Shown in pieces: positions 1 through 8,281 of a stretch of 28,370 bases of DNA. Origin of the DNA: Candidatus Methylomirabilia bacterium (lineage in GTDB: Bacteria; Methylomirabilota; Methylomirabilia; Rokubacteriales; CSP1-6); the NCBI GenBank assembly GCA_041497895.1, contig JBGQHJ010000054.1:1-28370 (forward strand), given 5' to 3'. Made by a program: the position numbers and the translations under genes. The first letter of the stretch is position 1; every line of letters starts with the position of its first letter. The notes beneath the pieces are model-generated. The model saw only the letters and a program-made list of their open reading frames with translations, was not told the origin of the DNA and ran no database searches.

Positions 1-792
1 CCGTTCAAGCTGCCCCACTACGGACTGCCGGCCTACCCGGCGGTGGCGCTCCTGGCCGCGCGTGCCTGGCGCGAGGCGGCCCCGCGCCCGCTGGGGCTGA
101 TCGCGGCGCATCTCGTCCTGTTCCTCGCCCTCGGGGCGGGGCTCGGGTGGGCGGGATCGGGCGACGGGCGGGCCTTCACCAGCGCGGTGTTCGGGATCAC
201 CGACGTCTACTCGCGGAAGGAGGCCGCGCTGGGCCAGGCCTCGCCCTATCCGCCGTGGTCGGATATCCAGCCCCTGCTGGTCCGCGCGTCGATCCTGCTG
301 CTCACCGGCACGGCGGGCCTCGCGCTGGCGGCGGCGCGCCGCTCCGCGCGCGCGGCCGCCGCGGTGGTCGCCGCGGTCATGCTCCTGCTCGTCCCGGTGG
401 TCGGCGACGGCGTCGCCGCGACATCCTCGGCCCGGGCGCTGGCCGGTATGGCGCGGGAGATCCGTGCCCGCCTCGGGCCCGGCGACGTCCTGGTGCTCGA
501 AGGCCCGATCGAGAACGCGGGGGCGGTGGAGTTCTACTCCGGGTATCGGCCGGCGCTGCTCGACGCCCGCCGCAGCGTGCTCGGCATCGGCGCGACCTTC
601 GCGGACGCGGCCGACACCTTCTGGAGTCCCGCGCGCTTCACCGCGGCCTGGGCCGGGGCGAAGCCGCCCTACCTGCTGACCACCCGTGCCCTCGCGCAGA
701 GCATCGTGGCCCAGCTGCCACCCGACAGCGTGCGCCTGCTGGCGCGGCAGAACGGGCGATGGCTCTACGGCCACGCCCCCGCCGCCCGCTGA
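1..792 (+). CDS. ArnT/PMT-like (GT-C) membrane glycosyltransferase, C-terminal part (5' truncated by the window edge)
   Basis: Frame 1 is open from base 1 and reads PFKLPHYGLPAYPAVAL, matching the K-x3-Y-x2-P-x2-P motif of ArnT-like proteins. Hydrophobic helices follow. The TGA overlaps the next ATG (TGATG). Confidence 0.65.
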   Translation, partial: PFKLPHYGLPAYPAVALLAARAWREAAPRPLGLIAAHLVLFLALGAGLGWAGSGDGRAFTSAVFGITDVYSRKEAALGQASPYPPWSDIQPLLVRASILLLTGTAGLALAAARRSARAAAAVVAAVMLLLVPVVGDGVAATSSARALAGMAREIRARLGPGDVLVLEGPIENAGAVEFYSGYRPALLDARRSVLGIGATFADAADTFWSPARFTAAWAGAKPPYLLTTRALAQSIVAQLPPDSVRLLARQNGRWLYGHAPAAR

Positions 793-1385
793 TGCTGATC
801 CGGCTCATCATCCAGTTCTCCTACCCGGGCGTTTTCCTGATCCTGCTCGCAACCGGCCTCGGGGTGCCGATCCCGGAGGAGCTGCCGATCGCGGTCGCGG
901 CCATGATGGCGCGCTGGGAGGTGATGCACTGGTGGGGCGCGCTGCTCTCCTGCCTGGGCGGGGTGCTGGCCGGCGACATGCTGCTCTACACCCTCGGCCG
1001 GCACTTCGGCCGGCGCATCCTCAAGTGGCAGACCGCGCGGCGCATCCTCACCCCGGAGCGCGAGAAGCGGGTGATGGAGGCGTATCACCGACACGGGCTC
1101 AAGTTCGTGGTCATGGCCCGCCTGATCATGGGGCTGCGCGCGGCCGCCTTCCTCACCGCGGGCCTCGTGCGCGTGCCGTTCCCCCGTTTCCTGCTCGTGG
1201 ATCTGGCCGCGGTGCTGTTGAGCGTGCCGCTCTCCTTCGGGGTGGCCTACCTGGTGGCGGACTCGGTGGCGGTGGCCCTCGCCCGCGTCCGCGAGCTGCA
1301 GCTCTGGGTCGCCGGGGGCGGCCTGCTGGTCGCGGCGGGGTGGGGAATCGTGCTCCTGCACCGTCACCGGCGGTCGCGCGGGTGA
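792..1385 (+). CDS. DedA/SNARE-associated family membrane protein (197 aa)
   Basis: ATG at 792 is coupled to the upstream stop. The motifs GVPIPEE, GDMLLYTLGRHFG, ARLIMGLR and AGLVRVPFPRF are typical of DedA. Confidence 0.85.
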   Translation: MLIRLIIQFSYPGVFLILLATGLGVPIPEELPIAVAAMMARWEVMHWWGALLSCLGGVLAGDMLLYTLGRHFGRRILKWQTARRILTPEREKRVMEAYHRHGLKFVVMARLIMGLRAAAFLTAGLVRVPFPRFLLVDLAAVLLSVPLSFGVAYLVADSVAVALARVRELQLWVAGGGLLVAAGWGIVLLHRHRRSRG

Positions 1386-1434
1386 GGCCGGTCGCCCTCG
1401 GCCGCGGTGGCCCGTGTGGTATCGTGAGCAGGCC

Positions 1435-2856
1435 GTGACCGAGAGCTACCAGCGAACGCTGTTCCTGCACCCGCCCGCGGCCGCGGGCTTCGACGGGGGC
1501 GCGGGATCCCGCTACCAGGCCCGGCGGGAGATCCGCTCGTTCTGGTACCCGACGTGGCTGGCCCAGCCCGCCGCGCTCGTGCCGGGCTCCCGGCTCGTGG
1601 ACGCGCCGCCCGACGGCCTCACGGTGGACGACGTGCTCCCGCTCGCGCGCGGCTACGACCTCTGCGTGATGCACACCAGCACGCCCTCCTTCGCCTCCGA
1701 CCTGCGGGTGGCCGAGGCGCTCAAGGCCGAGAACCCCGATCTGACCATCGGGCTCGTCGGCGCGGCGGTGGCGGTCGCCCCCGAGGCGTCGCTCCGCGCG
1801 AGCCGGGCGCTCTCCTTCGTGGCGCGGAACGAGTTCGACTTCACGATCCAGGAGGTGGCGCAGGGGCGGCCGCTCTCGCGGATCCTCGGGCTCTCCTATC
1901 GCGTGAACGGCCACGTCGAGCACACCCCCGAGCGTCCGCCGCTCGAGAACATGGACGCGCTGCCGTTCGTGACCCCGGTCTACAAGCGCGACCTCACCGT
2001 CGAGCACTACGCGATCGGCTACCTGCGCCACCCCTACGTCTCGCTCTACACCGGGCGGGGTTGCCGCTCCAAGTGCACCTTCTGCCTGTGGCCCCAGACG
2101 GTGGGCGGGCAGCGGTACCGCACCCGCAGCCCCGAGCACGTGGCCGAGGAGATGGCCCTGGCCGCGTCGCTCTTCCCGCAGGTCCGCGAGTTCTTCTTCG
2201 ACGACGACACGTTCACCGACGACCTGCCGCGGGCCGAGACGATCGCCCGGCGCCTCGGGCGGCTCGGCATCACGTGGTCGGTCAACGCCAAGGCCAACGT
2301 CCCCTACGCGACCCTGAAGGTGCTCAAGGACAACGGGCTGCGGCTCTTGCTGGTCGGCTACGAGTCGGGCAACCAGGCCATCCTCAACAACGTGAAGAAG
2401 GGCGTGCGGCTCGACGCGGCGCGCCGGTTCACCCGGGACGCCAAGTCGCTCGGCATCGCCATCCACGGCACCTTCATCCTCGGGCTGCCCGGCGAGACCC
2501 GCGAGACCATCGCCGAGACGATCCGCTTCGCCACCGAGATCGACCCGGACACCATCCAGGTCTCGCTCGCCGCGCCCTACCCGGGGACCGCGCTCTACGA
2601 GGAGGCCCAGCGCAACGGCTGGCTCGAGACCGACGAGCTGGTCGACGGGACCGGCGTGCAGGTGAGCGCCATCGGCTACCCGCACCTCTCGCGTCCGGAG
2701 ATCTTCCGCTCGGTGGACCAGTTCTACCGCCGTTTCTACTTCCGCCCGCGCAAGATGCTCTCGCTCGCCTCCGAGATGGTCCGCGACCGCCAGGCCATGA
2801 AGCGCCGCCTCTCCGAGGGGCGCGAGTTCCTGCGCTTCCTGCGCAGCCACCGATAA
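1435..2856 (+). CDS. hpnJ: Hopanoid biosynthesis-associated radical SAM protein HpnJ
   Basis: N-terminal FDGGAGSRYQA and FWYPTWLAQPAAL signature, CxxxCxxC motif (CRSKCTFC), FFFDDDTF. The start could be GTG 1435 or GTG 1414. Confidence 0.88.
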   Translation: MTESYQRTLFLHPPAAAGFDGGAGSRYQARREIRSFWYPTWLAQPAALVPGSRLVDAPPDGLTVDDVLPLARGYDLCVMHTSTPSFASDLRVAEALKAENPDLTIGLVGAAVAVAPEASLRASRALSFVARNEFDFTIQEVAQGRPLSRILGLSYRVNGHVEHTPERPPLENMDALPFVTPVYKRDLTVEHYAIGYLRHPYVSLYTGRGCRSKCTFCLWPQTVGGQRYRTRSPEHVAEEMALAASLFPQVREFFFDDDTFTDDLPRAETIARRLGRLGITWSVNAKANVPYATLKVLKDNGLRLLLVGYESGNQAILNNVKKGVRLDAARRFTRDAKSLGIAIHGTFILGLPGETRETIAETIRFATEIDPDTIQVSLAAPYPGTALYEEAQRNGWLETDELVDGTGVQVSAIGYPHLSRPEIFRSVDQFYRRFYFRPRKMLSLASEMVRDRQAMKRRLSEGREFLRFLRSHR

Positions 2857-2875
2857 ACCCTCAAGGCTCTTCATC

Positions 2876-2902
2876 TGCGGGGGCCCAGACATGGCCCCCG
2901 CA
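2876..2902. repeat. Intergenic hairpin with 10-bp perfect stem (REP-like or rho-independent-like, no U-tract)
   Basis: TGCGGGGGCC-cagacat-GGCCCCCGCA, 20 nt downstream of the hpnJ stop. Confidence 0.55.
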
Positions 2903-2960
2903 CTCCCCCAGTCGGCGGACGGCCGTTCCCGGTGAAGCGCCGTGCTAGCATGAGCGACAC

Positions 2961-4547
2961 ATGAAGGTGCTTGTCATCGACACCATCGCCCCCGAGGGCA
3001 TCGCGTACCTCGCCGAGCGCGGGTTCCAGGTGGACCAGGTCTCGAGCAAGCTCGACCGGGAGGACCTTCTCGGCCGCCTCGCCGACTACGAGGCCATCGT
3101 CACGCGCTCGTCGACCACGGTGACCGCGGAGTTCCTCGGCCGGGCCCGCCGGCTGCGCATCCTCGGCCGGGCCGGGGTCGGCGTCGACAACATCGATGTC
3201 GACGCCTGCTCGCGCCAGGGCGTGGTGGTGGTCAACGCCCCCTACGGCAACGTGGTCTCGGCCGCCGAGCACACCGTGGGCATGCTCCTGGCCCTGGTCC
3301 GCAAGATCCCGCTCGCCCACGAGGCGCTCAAGCGCCTCGAGTGGGATCGCGCCATCTACGGCTCCGAGCTCTTCCGGAAGACCGCGGGCGTGCTGGGCCT
3401 GGGCAAGGTGGGATCGCGGGTGGCCGCGCGCCTCAAGGCCTTCGACATGGAGGTGCTCGTGTACGACCCGTTCATCCCGGAGAGCCGGGCCCGCGACCTG
3501 GGCGTGCGGCTCACCGATCTGCAGACGGTGCTGAGCCGCGCCGACATCCTCACCGTCCACGTGCCGCTGACCGACGAGACCGAGAACATGATCGGGGCGC
3601 GGGAGCTGGCCGCCATGAAGCCGGGCGCGCGGGTGGTCAACTGCGCCCGCGGCGGCATCGTCAACGAGGCCGATCTGCTGGCCGCGCTCGACTCGGGCCA
3701 CGTGGCCGGAGCCGCGGTCGACGTCTGGAGCGAGGAGCCGCCGGTGTCGCCGGTGGTCAAGCGCCTGATCCAGCACCCAGGCGTGGTGGTGACGCCGCAC
3801 CTCGGCGCCAACACCCAGGAGGCGCAGGTCAACGTGGCGGTGGACGTGGCGCGCCAGCTCGTGGCCTTCCGCGACGGCGAGCTGGTCGAGCACGCGGTGA
3901 ACATCCCGGTGGCCGATCGCGAGACCCTGGCCGAGCAGCGGCCGTTCCTGCAGCTGGCCGAGCTGCTGGGCCGCTTCTGCCTGCAGCTCGAGCCCGACAA
4001 CGTGGAGCGGGTAGAGATCGAGGTGGCCGGGTACATGGCGCGGTGGGATCCCGAGCTCGTCGGCCGCGCGGTGCTGAAGGGGCTGCTCGAGGGGGTGACG
4101 GTGCAGGCGGTCAACCTGGTCAATGCCCACCTCATCGCCCGGGAGCGCGGCCTGTCCGTCGGGGTGCGCACCGATCCAGAGCCGGCCTCCGGCTACACCA
4201 ACCTGATCACGGTCACCACTCAGGCCGGCACGGGCCGCAAGGTCATCGCGGGCACGGTCTTCGACGGCGTGCCCCGGATCGTGCGCCTGCGCGACCTGCA
4301 CATCGAGTTCATCCCGGAGGGGCACATCCTGGTCCTGGCCTACGAGGACCGGCCGGGCATGGTGGGACGGATCGGGTCCATCCTGGGCCGGCACAACGTG
4401 AACATCGCCTCGATGCACGTGGGCCGGCGCACCCGCCGGGGCCGAGCCATCGTGGTCCTGCTGCTCGACGACGACGTGCCGGCCGAGGTGCTGGAAGAGG
4501 TGAGCAAGAGCGTGCAGGCCGATTTCGCGCGGGTGATCCGGCTATGA
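2961..4547 (+). CDS. serA: D-3-phosphoglycerate dehydrogenase, type I (ASB and ACT domains)
   Basis: GRAGVGVDNID, GLGKVG (NAD binding), NCARGG, TPHLGA and a C-terminal ACT domain (DRPGMVGRIGSILG..NIA). Candidate extended -10 TGcTAGCAT at 2943-2951. Confidence 0.93.
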   Translation: MKVLVIDTIAPEGIAYLAERGFQVDQVSSKLDREDLLGRLADYEAIVTRSSTTVTAEFLGRARRLRILGRAGVGVDNIDVDACSRQGVVVVNAPYGNVVSAAEHTVGMLLALVRKIPLAHEALKRLEWDRAIYGSELFRKTAGVLGLGKVGSRVAARLKAFDMEVLVYDPFIPESRARDLGVRLTDLQTVLSRADILTVHVPLTDETENMIGARELAAMKPGARVVNCARGGIVNEADLLAALDSGHVAGAAVDVWSEEPPVSPVVKRLIQHPGVVVTPHLGANTQEAQVNVAVDVARQLVAFRDGELVEHAVNIPVADRETLAEQRPFLQLAELLGRFCLQLEPDNVERVEIEVAGYMARWDPELVGRAVLKGLLEGVTVQAVNLVNAHLIARERGLSVGVRTDPEPASGYTNLITVTTQAGTGRKVIAGTVFDGVPRIVRLRDLHIEFIPEGHILVLAYEDRPGMVGRIGSILGRHNVNIASMHVGRRTRRGRAIVVLLLDDDVPAEVLEEVSKSVQADFARVIRL

Positions 4548-4993
4548 GCGCTTCGCGCGGCAGTCGCGGCGGCACCCCGGTGGGCGTCTTCGAGACCCGG
4601 CCCTGGGGCGGCTTCCAGACCGTCGAGGAGGGCCGCGGCTACAAGGTCAAGCGGCTCCTCGTCCGGCCGGCGCAGCGGCTGAGCCTGCAGCGCCATCGCT
4701 TCCGTGCCGAGCACTGGGTGGTCGTCTCCGGCTCCCCCCGGGTGATCATCTCGGGCCGCCCGAAACGGCTCAAGCCACGGGGGTCGGTGGACGTGCCGCG
4801 CGGGGCCTGGCACCGCATCGAGAACCCCGGCCGCGTGCCCGTCGTCCTCATCGAGGTCCAGCACGGACCCTATCTCGGCGAGGACGACATCATCCGCCGC
4901 CAGGACGACTACGGCCGCGCCGGAAGCACGACCACGATCACCACAAAGGCCAAGGGCGGGAACAAGAGTAGGGAACGGGGCAGTAAACGGTAG
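4544..4993 (+). CDS. Cupin protein, mannose-6-phosphate isomerase type II C-terminal-like (149 aa)
   Basis: ATGA overlap with serA. RPWG, LSLQRHRFRAEHWVVV, HRIENPG and IEVQHGPYLGEDDI are hallmark motifs. Confidence 0.88.
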   Translation: MSASRGSRGGTPVGVFETRPWGGFQTVEEGRGYKVKRLLVRPAQRLSLQRHRFRAEHWVVVSGSPRVIISGRPKRLKPRGSVDVPRGAWHRIENPGRVPVVLIEVQHGPYLGEDDIIRRQDDYGRAGSTTTITTKAKGGNKSRERGSKR

Positions 4994-5038
4994 ACCGCCC
5001 AAGGCAGGAAACGGCGCAGTAAACGGTAGACCGCCAAG
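4971..5038. repeat. Tandem direct duplication, 36-nt period, two copies
   Basis: GCAGTAAACGGTAGACCGCC is identical at 4980-4999 and 5016-5035. Confidence 0.85.
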
Positions 5039-5075
5039 AGCGTCCGCCGAGCCCGGGTCGCCCGTCCGCGGACGC

Positions 5076-5114
5076 GCAGTGGCCTGGCGAGGCGCAGCCG
5101 AAGGCGAGCCGAGC
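5076..5114 (+). repeat. Dispersed 39-bp hairpin element, copy 1
   Basis: GCAGTGGCCTGGCGAGGCGCAGCCGAAGGCGAGCCGAGC, 38/39 identical to 23945-23983. Confidence 0.9.
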
Positions 5115-5143
5115 CGATAAGTAAAGAAGCATACGGCAGCAGC

Positions 5144-5220
5144 CCACAACCGGCAGCCCCGACCAGATTGACCTCCAACCAGATCCACACCCGGCAGCCC
5201 CGACCAGATCAACCACCAAC
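5144..5220. repeat. Tandem direct duplication, 41-nt period, two copies
   Basis: CCGGCAGCCCCGACCAGAT is identical at 5150-5168 and 5191-5209. The extended units 5144-5179 and 5185-5220 match at 32/36. Confidence 0.85.
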
Positions 5221-5240
5221 TTCCCGAAAGGAGCCACGCC

Positions 5241-5594
5241 ATGCCCCCCCAGGCCCGTTACCTGTTCAGCGCCGCCATGGACGTCGACCCGGCCCAGGAG
5301 CGCCTCTTCAATGAGGTCTACGACCGCGAGCACGTCCCGAGCCTGCTGACCGTCCCCGGCGTCGTGGCGGTGTCCCGCTACGAGCTGCAGCCGCTCACCA
5401 TGAGTATCGGCGGACAGCTCAAGACGATCGTGATCGAGCACGCGCCAAAGTACGGCGCGCTCTACGAGATCGAGAGCCCGGACGTCCTGGTGAGCGAGGC
5501 GTGGGCGAAGGCGGTGGAGCAGGGGCGGTGGCCCGCCCAGGTGCGGCCGTACACGCGTAACCGCCAGCACACCCTCTACCGGCGCCTGCCCTGA
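5241..5594 (+). CDS. Small dimeric alpha-beta barrel protein (EthD/DUF4286-like), 117 aa
   Basis: RBS AAGGAG upstream. FNEVYDREHVPSLLTVPGV and KYGALYEIESPDV resemble EthD-like barrels. Confidence 0.6.
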   Translation: MPPQARYLFSAAMDVDPAQERLFNEVYDREHVPSLLTVPGVVAVSRYELQPLTMSIGGQLKTIVIEHAPKYGALYEIESPDVLVSEAWAKAVEQGRWPAQVRPYTRNRQHTLYRRLP

Positions 5595-5612
5595 GGCGGC
5601 GCCGAGGCCCGC

Positions 5613-6257
5613 TCAGCGCATCAGGCTCGAGACCTTGAAGTAGAGGGCGAAGAGCCCCAGGTACTCGTGCAGCACCGCCTCGCTGCAGCGCCGGCGGCGC
5701 CACCAGCCGTCCTCGCTCGAGCACTCGTCGTGGGTCACCGCGAGGCCGGCCTCGACCGCGCCCGCCGCCTCCCGGATCCAGATGAGCCGGACGCGGCGGG
5801 CGTGGAAGGCGCTGGTCACCAGGATGACCCGGTGCCAGCCGCGGGCCTTCGCGGCGGCGACCACCCGCCGCAGCTCGGTCTCCGTGATCTCCACCGGCTC
5901 GTCCAGGGTGACGATCGCGCTCCGGGGCACCCCGAACTTCTCGAGCGCTGCCACCGATTCGCCCTGGAAGTCGAGGGGGCGGATGCCGAGCTCGAGCAGC
6001 GTCCGGACCCGTTGCGGCACGAACTGACGCGAGACCAGGACCTGCGGGGCCCCGCCCGCCTGGAACAGCGCGGCCGCCCGCGCCTCGCGGCCAGGCGTGC
6101 CGCCCGCCACCACCACGATCGCGTCCGCCGGCCGGACGGGGTCGTCCACCACGAGGGCGTGGCCCGCCGCGCGGAGCAGCGGGCGGTGCGCGACCGCGAC
6201 CATCGCGAGCAACGCCAGCACGACCAGGAGGGCGGTGAGGAGCGGCCGACGCCTCAT
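5613..6257 (-). CDS. YdcF/ElyC-like DUF218 family envelope protein
   Basis: N-terminal TM helix, ADAIVVVAGG, ILVTSAFHARR and LHEYLG. Start taken as ATG 6257; ATG 6299 is the alternative. Confidence 0.8.
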   Translation of the reverse strand: MRRRPLLTALLVVLALLAMVAVAHRPLLRAAGHALVVDDPVRPADAIVVVAGGTPGREARAAALFQAGGAPQVLVSRQFVPQRVRTLLELGIRPLDFQGESVAALEKFGVPRSAIVTLDEPVEITETELRRVVAAAKARGWHRVILVTSAFHARRVRLIWIREAAGAVEAGLAVTHDECSSEDGWWRRRRCSEAVLHEYLGLFALYFKVSSLMR

Positions 6258-6266
6258 TCGCGCGTT

Positions 6267-6293
6267 CCCCGCGCCAAAAACTTTGGTGCGGGG
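6267..6293. promoter_or_regulatory. 12-bp inverted repeat between divergent genes (candidate operator)
   Basis: CCCCGCGCCAAA-aac-TTTGGTGCGGGG, with one mismatch. Confidence 0.35.
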
Positions 6294-6332
6294 CCCCATG
6301 GGAAGTACGATCGACGCCAGGAGGTACTACCC

Positions 6333-6740
6333 ATGCGACGTGTTCTTGTCCTTTCGGTGACGGTGCTCGCCCTGACGGCGTGCGCCTCGACACCGCCCAA
6401 GGTCCAGCGCAGCGAGTTCGAGGACATCCCGGTGCCGAAGGGGCTCGCGGTGGACCTGAACCGCTCGACCATCATCGAGTCTCCGACGGTGAAGGCGGCG
6501 CGCCTGTTCTACAAGGGCCGCATCGAGCCGGACAGCCTCGGCCTGGCGTTCCGCACCACGCTCGAGGCCAATGGCTGGAAGCACCTGTCGTCGACGACGG
6601 CGTCCGACAAGGGCACCACGCAGGTCTACGAGAAGGCGGGCAGCTCGCTCCAGGTGCTGATCTACGAGAGCTGGTACTACACCTGGGTGGAGATGTCGGC
6701 CACGCGGATGGTCGGCCAGGCGGCGGCCGCGCTCAGATAG
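6333..6740 (+). CDS. Hypothetical lipoprotein (135 aa)
   Basis: RBS AGGAGG at 6319-6324. Signal peptide MRRVLVLSVTVLALTAC ends in lipobox LTAC. Confidence 0.75.
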   Translation: MRRVLVLSVTVLALTACASTPPKVQRSEFEDIPVPKGLAVDLNRSTIIESPTVKAARLFYKGRIEPDSLGLAFRTTLEANGWKHLSSTTASDKGTTQVYEKAGSSLQVLIYESWYYTWVEMSATRMVGQAAAALR

Positions 6741-6768
6741 CCACGAGCGCCGCGTCACGGCGGCGCCC

Positions 6769-8277
6769 CTAGGGGCGCCGCCAGCGCCGCCCGCTGCGCT
6801 CGATCAGCGTGTCGGCCTCGGCCGGGCCCCAGGTGCCGGCCTCGTAGTTGGGGAACTTCCGCGGATCGCCGGCGGCCCAGCCCGACAGGACCGGCTGCAG
6901 GAGCTCCCAGGCCATCATCACCCAGTCGCCGCGCGCGTAGAGCGTGGCGTCGCCCTTCATGGCGTCCAGCAGCAGGCGCTCGTACGCCTCGGGGGGCTCG
7001 CCGCCGAAGGCCTGCCCGTAGTCGAACTCCATCTCGACCGGCTTGATGCGCAGCTCGGGCCCCGGCAGCTTCGCGCCGAACGACAGCGACATGCCCTCGT
7101 CGGGCTGGATGCGGAGCACGAGCCGGTTGGGCTCGGCGAGGATCTCCGGGTTGCGGCGGAAGACGAGATGCGGAGTCTGCTTGAACTGCACCGCGATCTC
7201 GCTCGCCCGCTTCGGCATGCGCTTGCCGGTGCGGAGGTAGAACGGCACGCCCGCCCACCGCCAGTTCTCGACCTCGAGCCGGAGCGCCGCGAAGGTCTCG
7301 GTGAGCGACTCGGCCGACACGCCCTTCTCCTCGCGGTAGCCGGGCACCCGCTGGCCCCCCACGAAGCCCGGCCCGTACTGCCCGCGTACCGCCACCCGGT
7401 CCACCTCGTCGGCCGCGATGGGCCGGATCGCGCGCATCACCTTGGTCTTCTCGTCGCGCACCGGATCGGAGTCGAAGGTGACCGGCGGCTCCATGGCCAC
7501 CAGGCAGAGGAGCTGCAGGATGTGGTTCTGGATCATGTCCCGCAGCGCGCCCGATTCCTCGTAGTAGGCCCCGCGGCCCTCGACCCCGATGGCCTCGCCC
7601 ACCGTGATCTGCACGTGGTCGACGTGGTTGCGGTTCCACAGCGGCTCGAAGATGCCGTTGGCCCACCGGAACACCAGGATGTTCTGGACCGTCTCCTTGC
7701 CGAGGTAGTGATCGATCCGGTAGACCTGCTCCTCGTGGAAGGCGCCGGCCACCACCTGGTTGAGCGCGCCTGCGGAGGCGAGGTCGCGGCCGAAGGGCTT
7801 CTCGATGACGATGCGCACCCAGCCGTTGGTGTTCTCGGCGGGGCGGTTGAGCCCGGCCTCCCCGAGACGCGCCACGAGCGGGGAGTACACCGAGGGCGGG
7901 GTGGAGACGTAGAAGAGCCGGTTGGCCCCGGTGCCGCGCTCCTGCTCGACCTGCTTGAGGTACGGAGCGAAGCCGGCGTACGTGGCGCCGTCGGCCGGAT
8001 CGCCCGCGTAATAGAAGAGGGCCTGGGCGAAGCGCTCCCATACCCGCGTGGAAGGCGGCTGCACGCGCGCGAAGTCGGTGATGGCCTCGCGCATGCGCGC
8101 GCGGAACTGCTCGTTGGTCATCTCGGAGCGCGCCACTCCGACCACCGCGAACGGTTCGGGCAGCACGCGGCTCTGGAACATCGACCAGAGCGCGGGGAGG
8201 AGCTTCCGGCGGGTGAGGTCGCCGGAGGCGCCGAAGATCACCAGGGTGCAGGATTCGTCGGTGGTGGAGGCGGTCAT
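6769..8277 (-). CDS. zwf: Glucose-6-phosphate 1-dehydrogenase
   Basis: IFGASGDL, EKPFG, RIDHYLGKE, RDMIQNH, WAGVPFYLRTGK. Confidence 0.97.
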   Translation of the reverse strand: MTASTTDESCTLVIFGASGDLTRRKLLPALWSMFQSRVLPEPFAVVGVARSEMTNEQFRARMREAITDFARVQPPSTRVWERFAQALFYYAGDPADGATYAGFAPYLKQVEQERGTGANRLFYVSTPPSVYSPLVARLGEAGLNRPAENTNGWVRIVIEKPFGRDLASAGALNQVVAGAFHEEQVYRIDHYLGKETVQNILVFRWANGIFEPLWNRNHVDHVQITVGEAIGVEGRGAYYEESGALRDMIQNHILQLLCLVAMEPPVTFDSDPVRDEKTKVMRAIRPIAADEVDRVAVRGQYGPGFVGGQRVPGYREEKGVSAESLTETFAALRLEVENWRWAGVPFYLRTGKRMPKRASEIAVQFKQTPHLVFRRNPEILAEPNRLVLRIQPDEGMSLSFGAKLPGPELRIKPVEMEFDYGQAFGGEPPEAYERLLLDAMKGDATLYARGDWVMMAWELLQPVLSGWAAGDPRKFPNYEAGTWGPAEADTLIERSGRRWRRP

Positions 8278-8281
8278 GCGG

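Noticed and set aside
4971..5220. Possible mini-CRISPR array
   Set aside because: There are two unrelated repeat pairs with only two copies each, the 'spacers' are themselves similar, and no cas genes are present.
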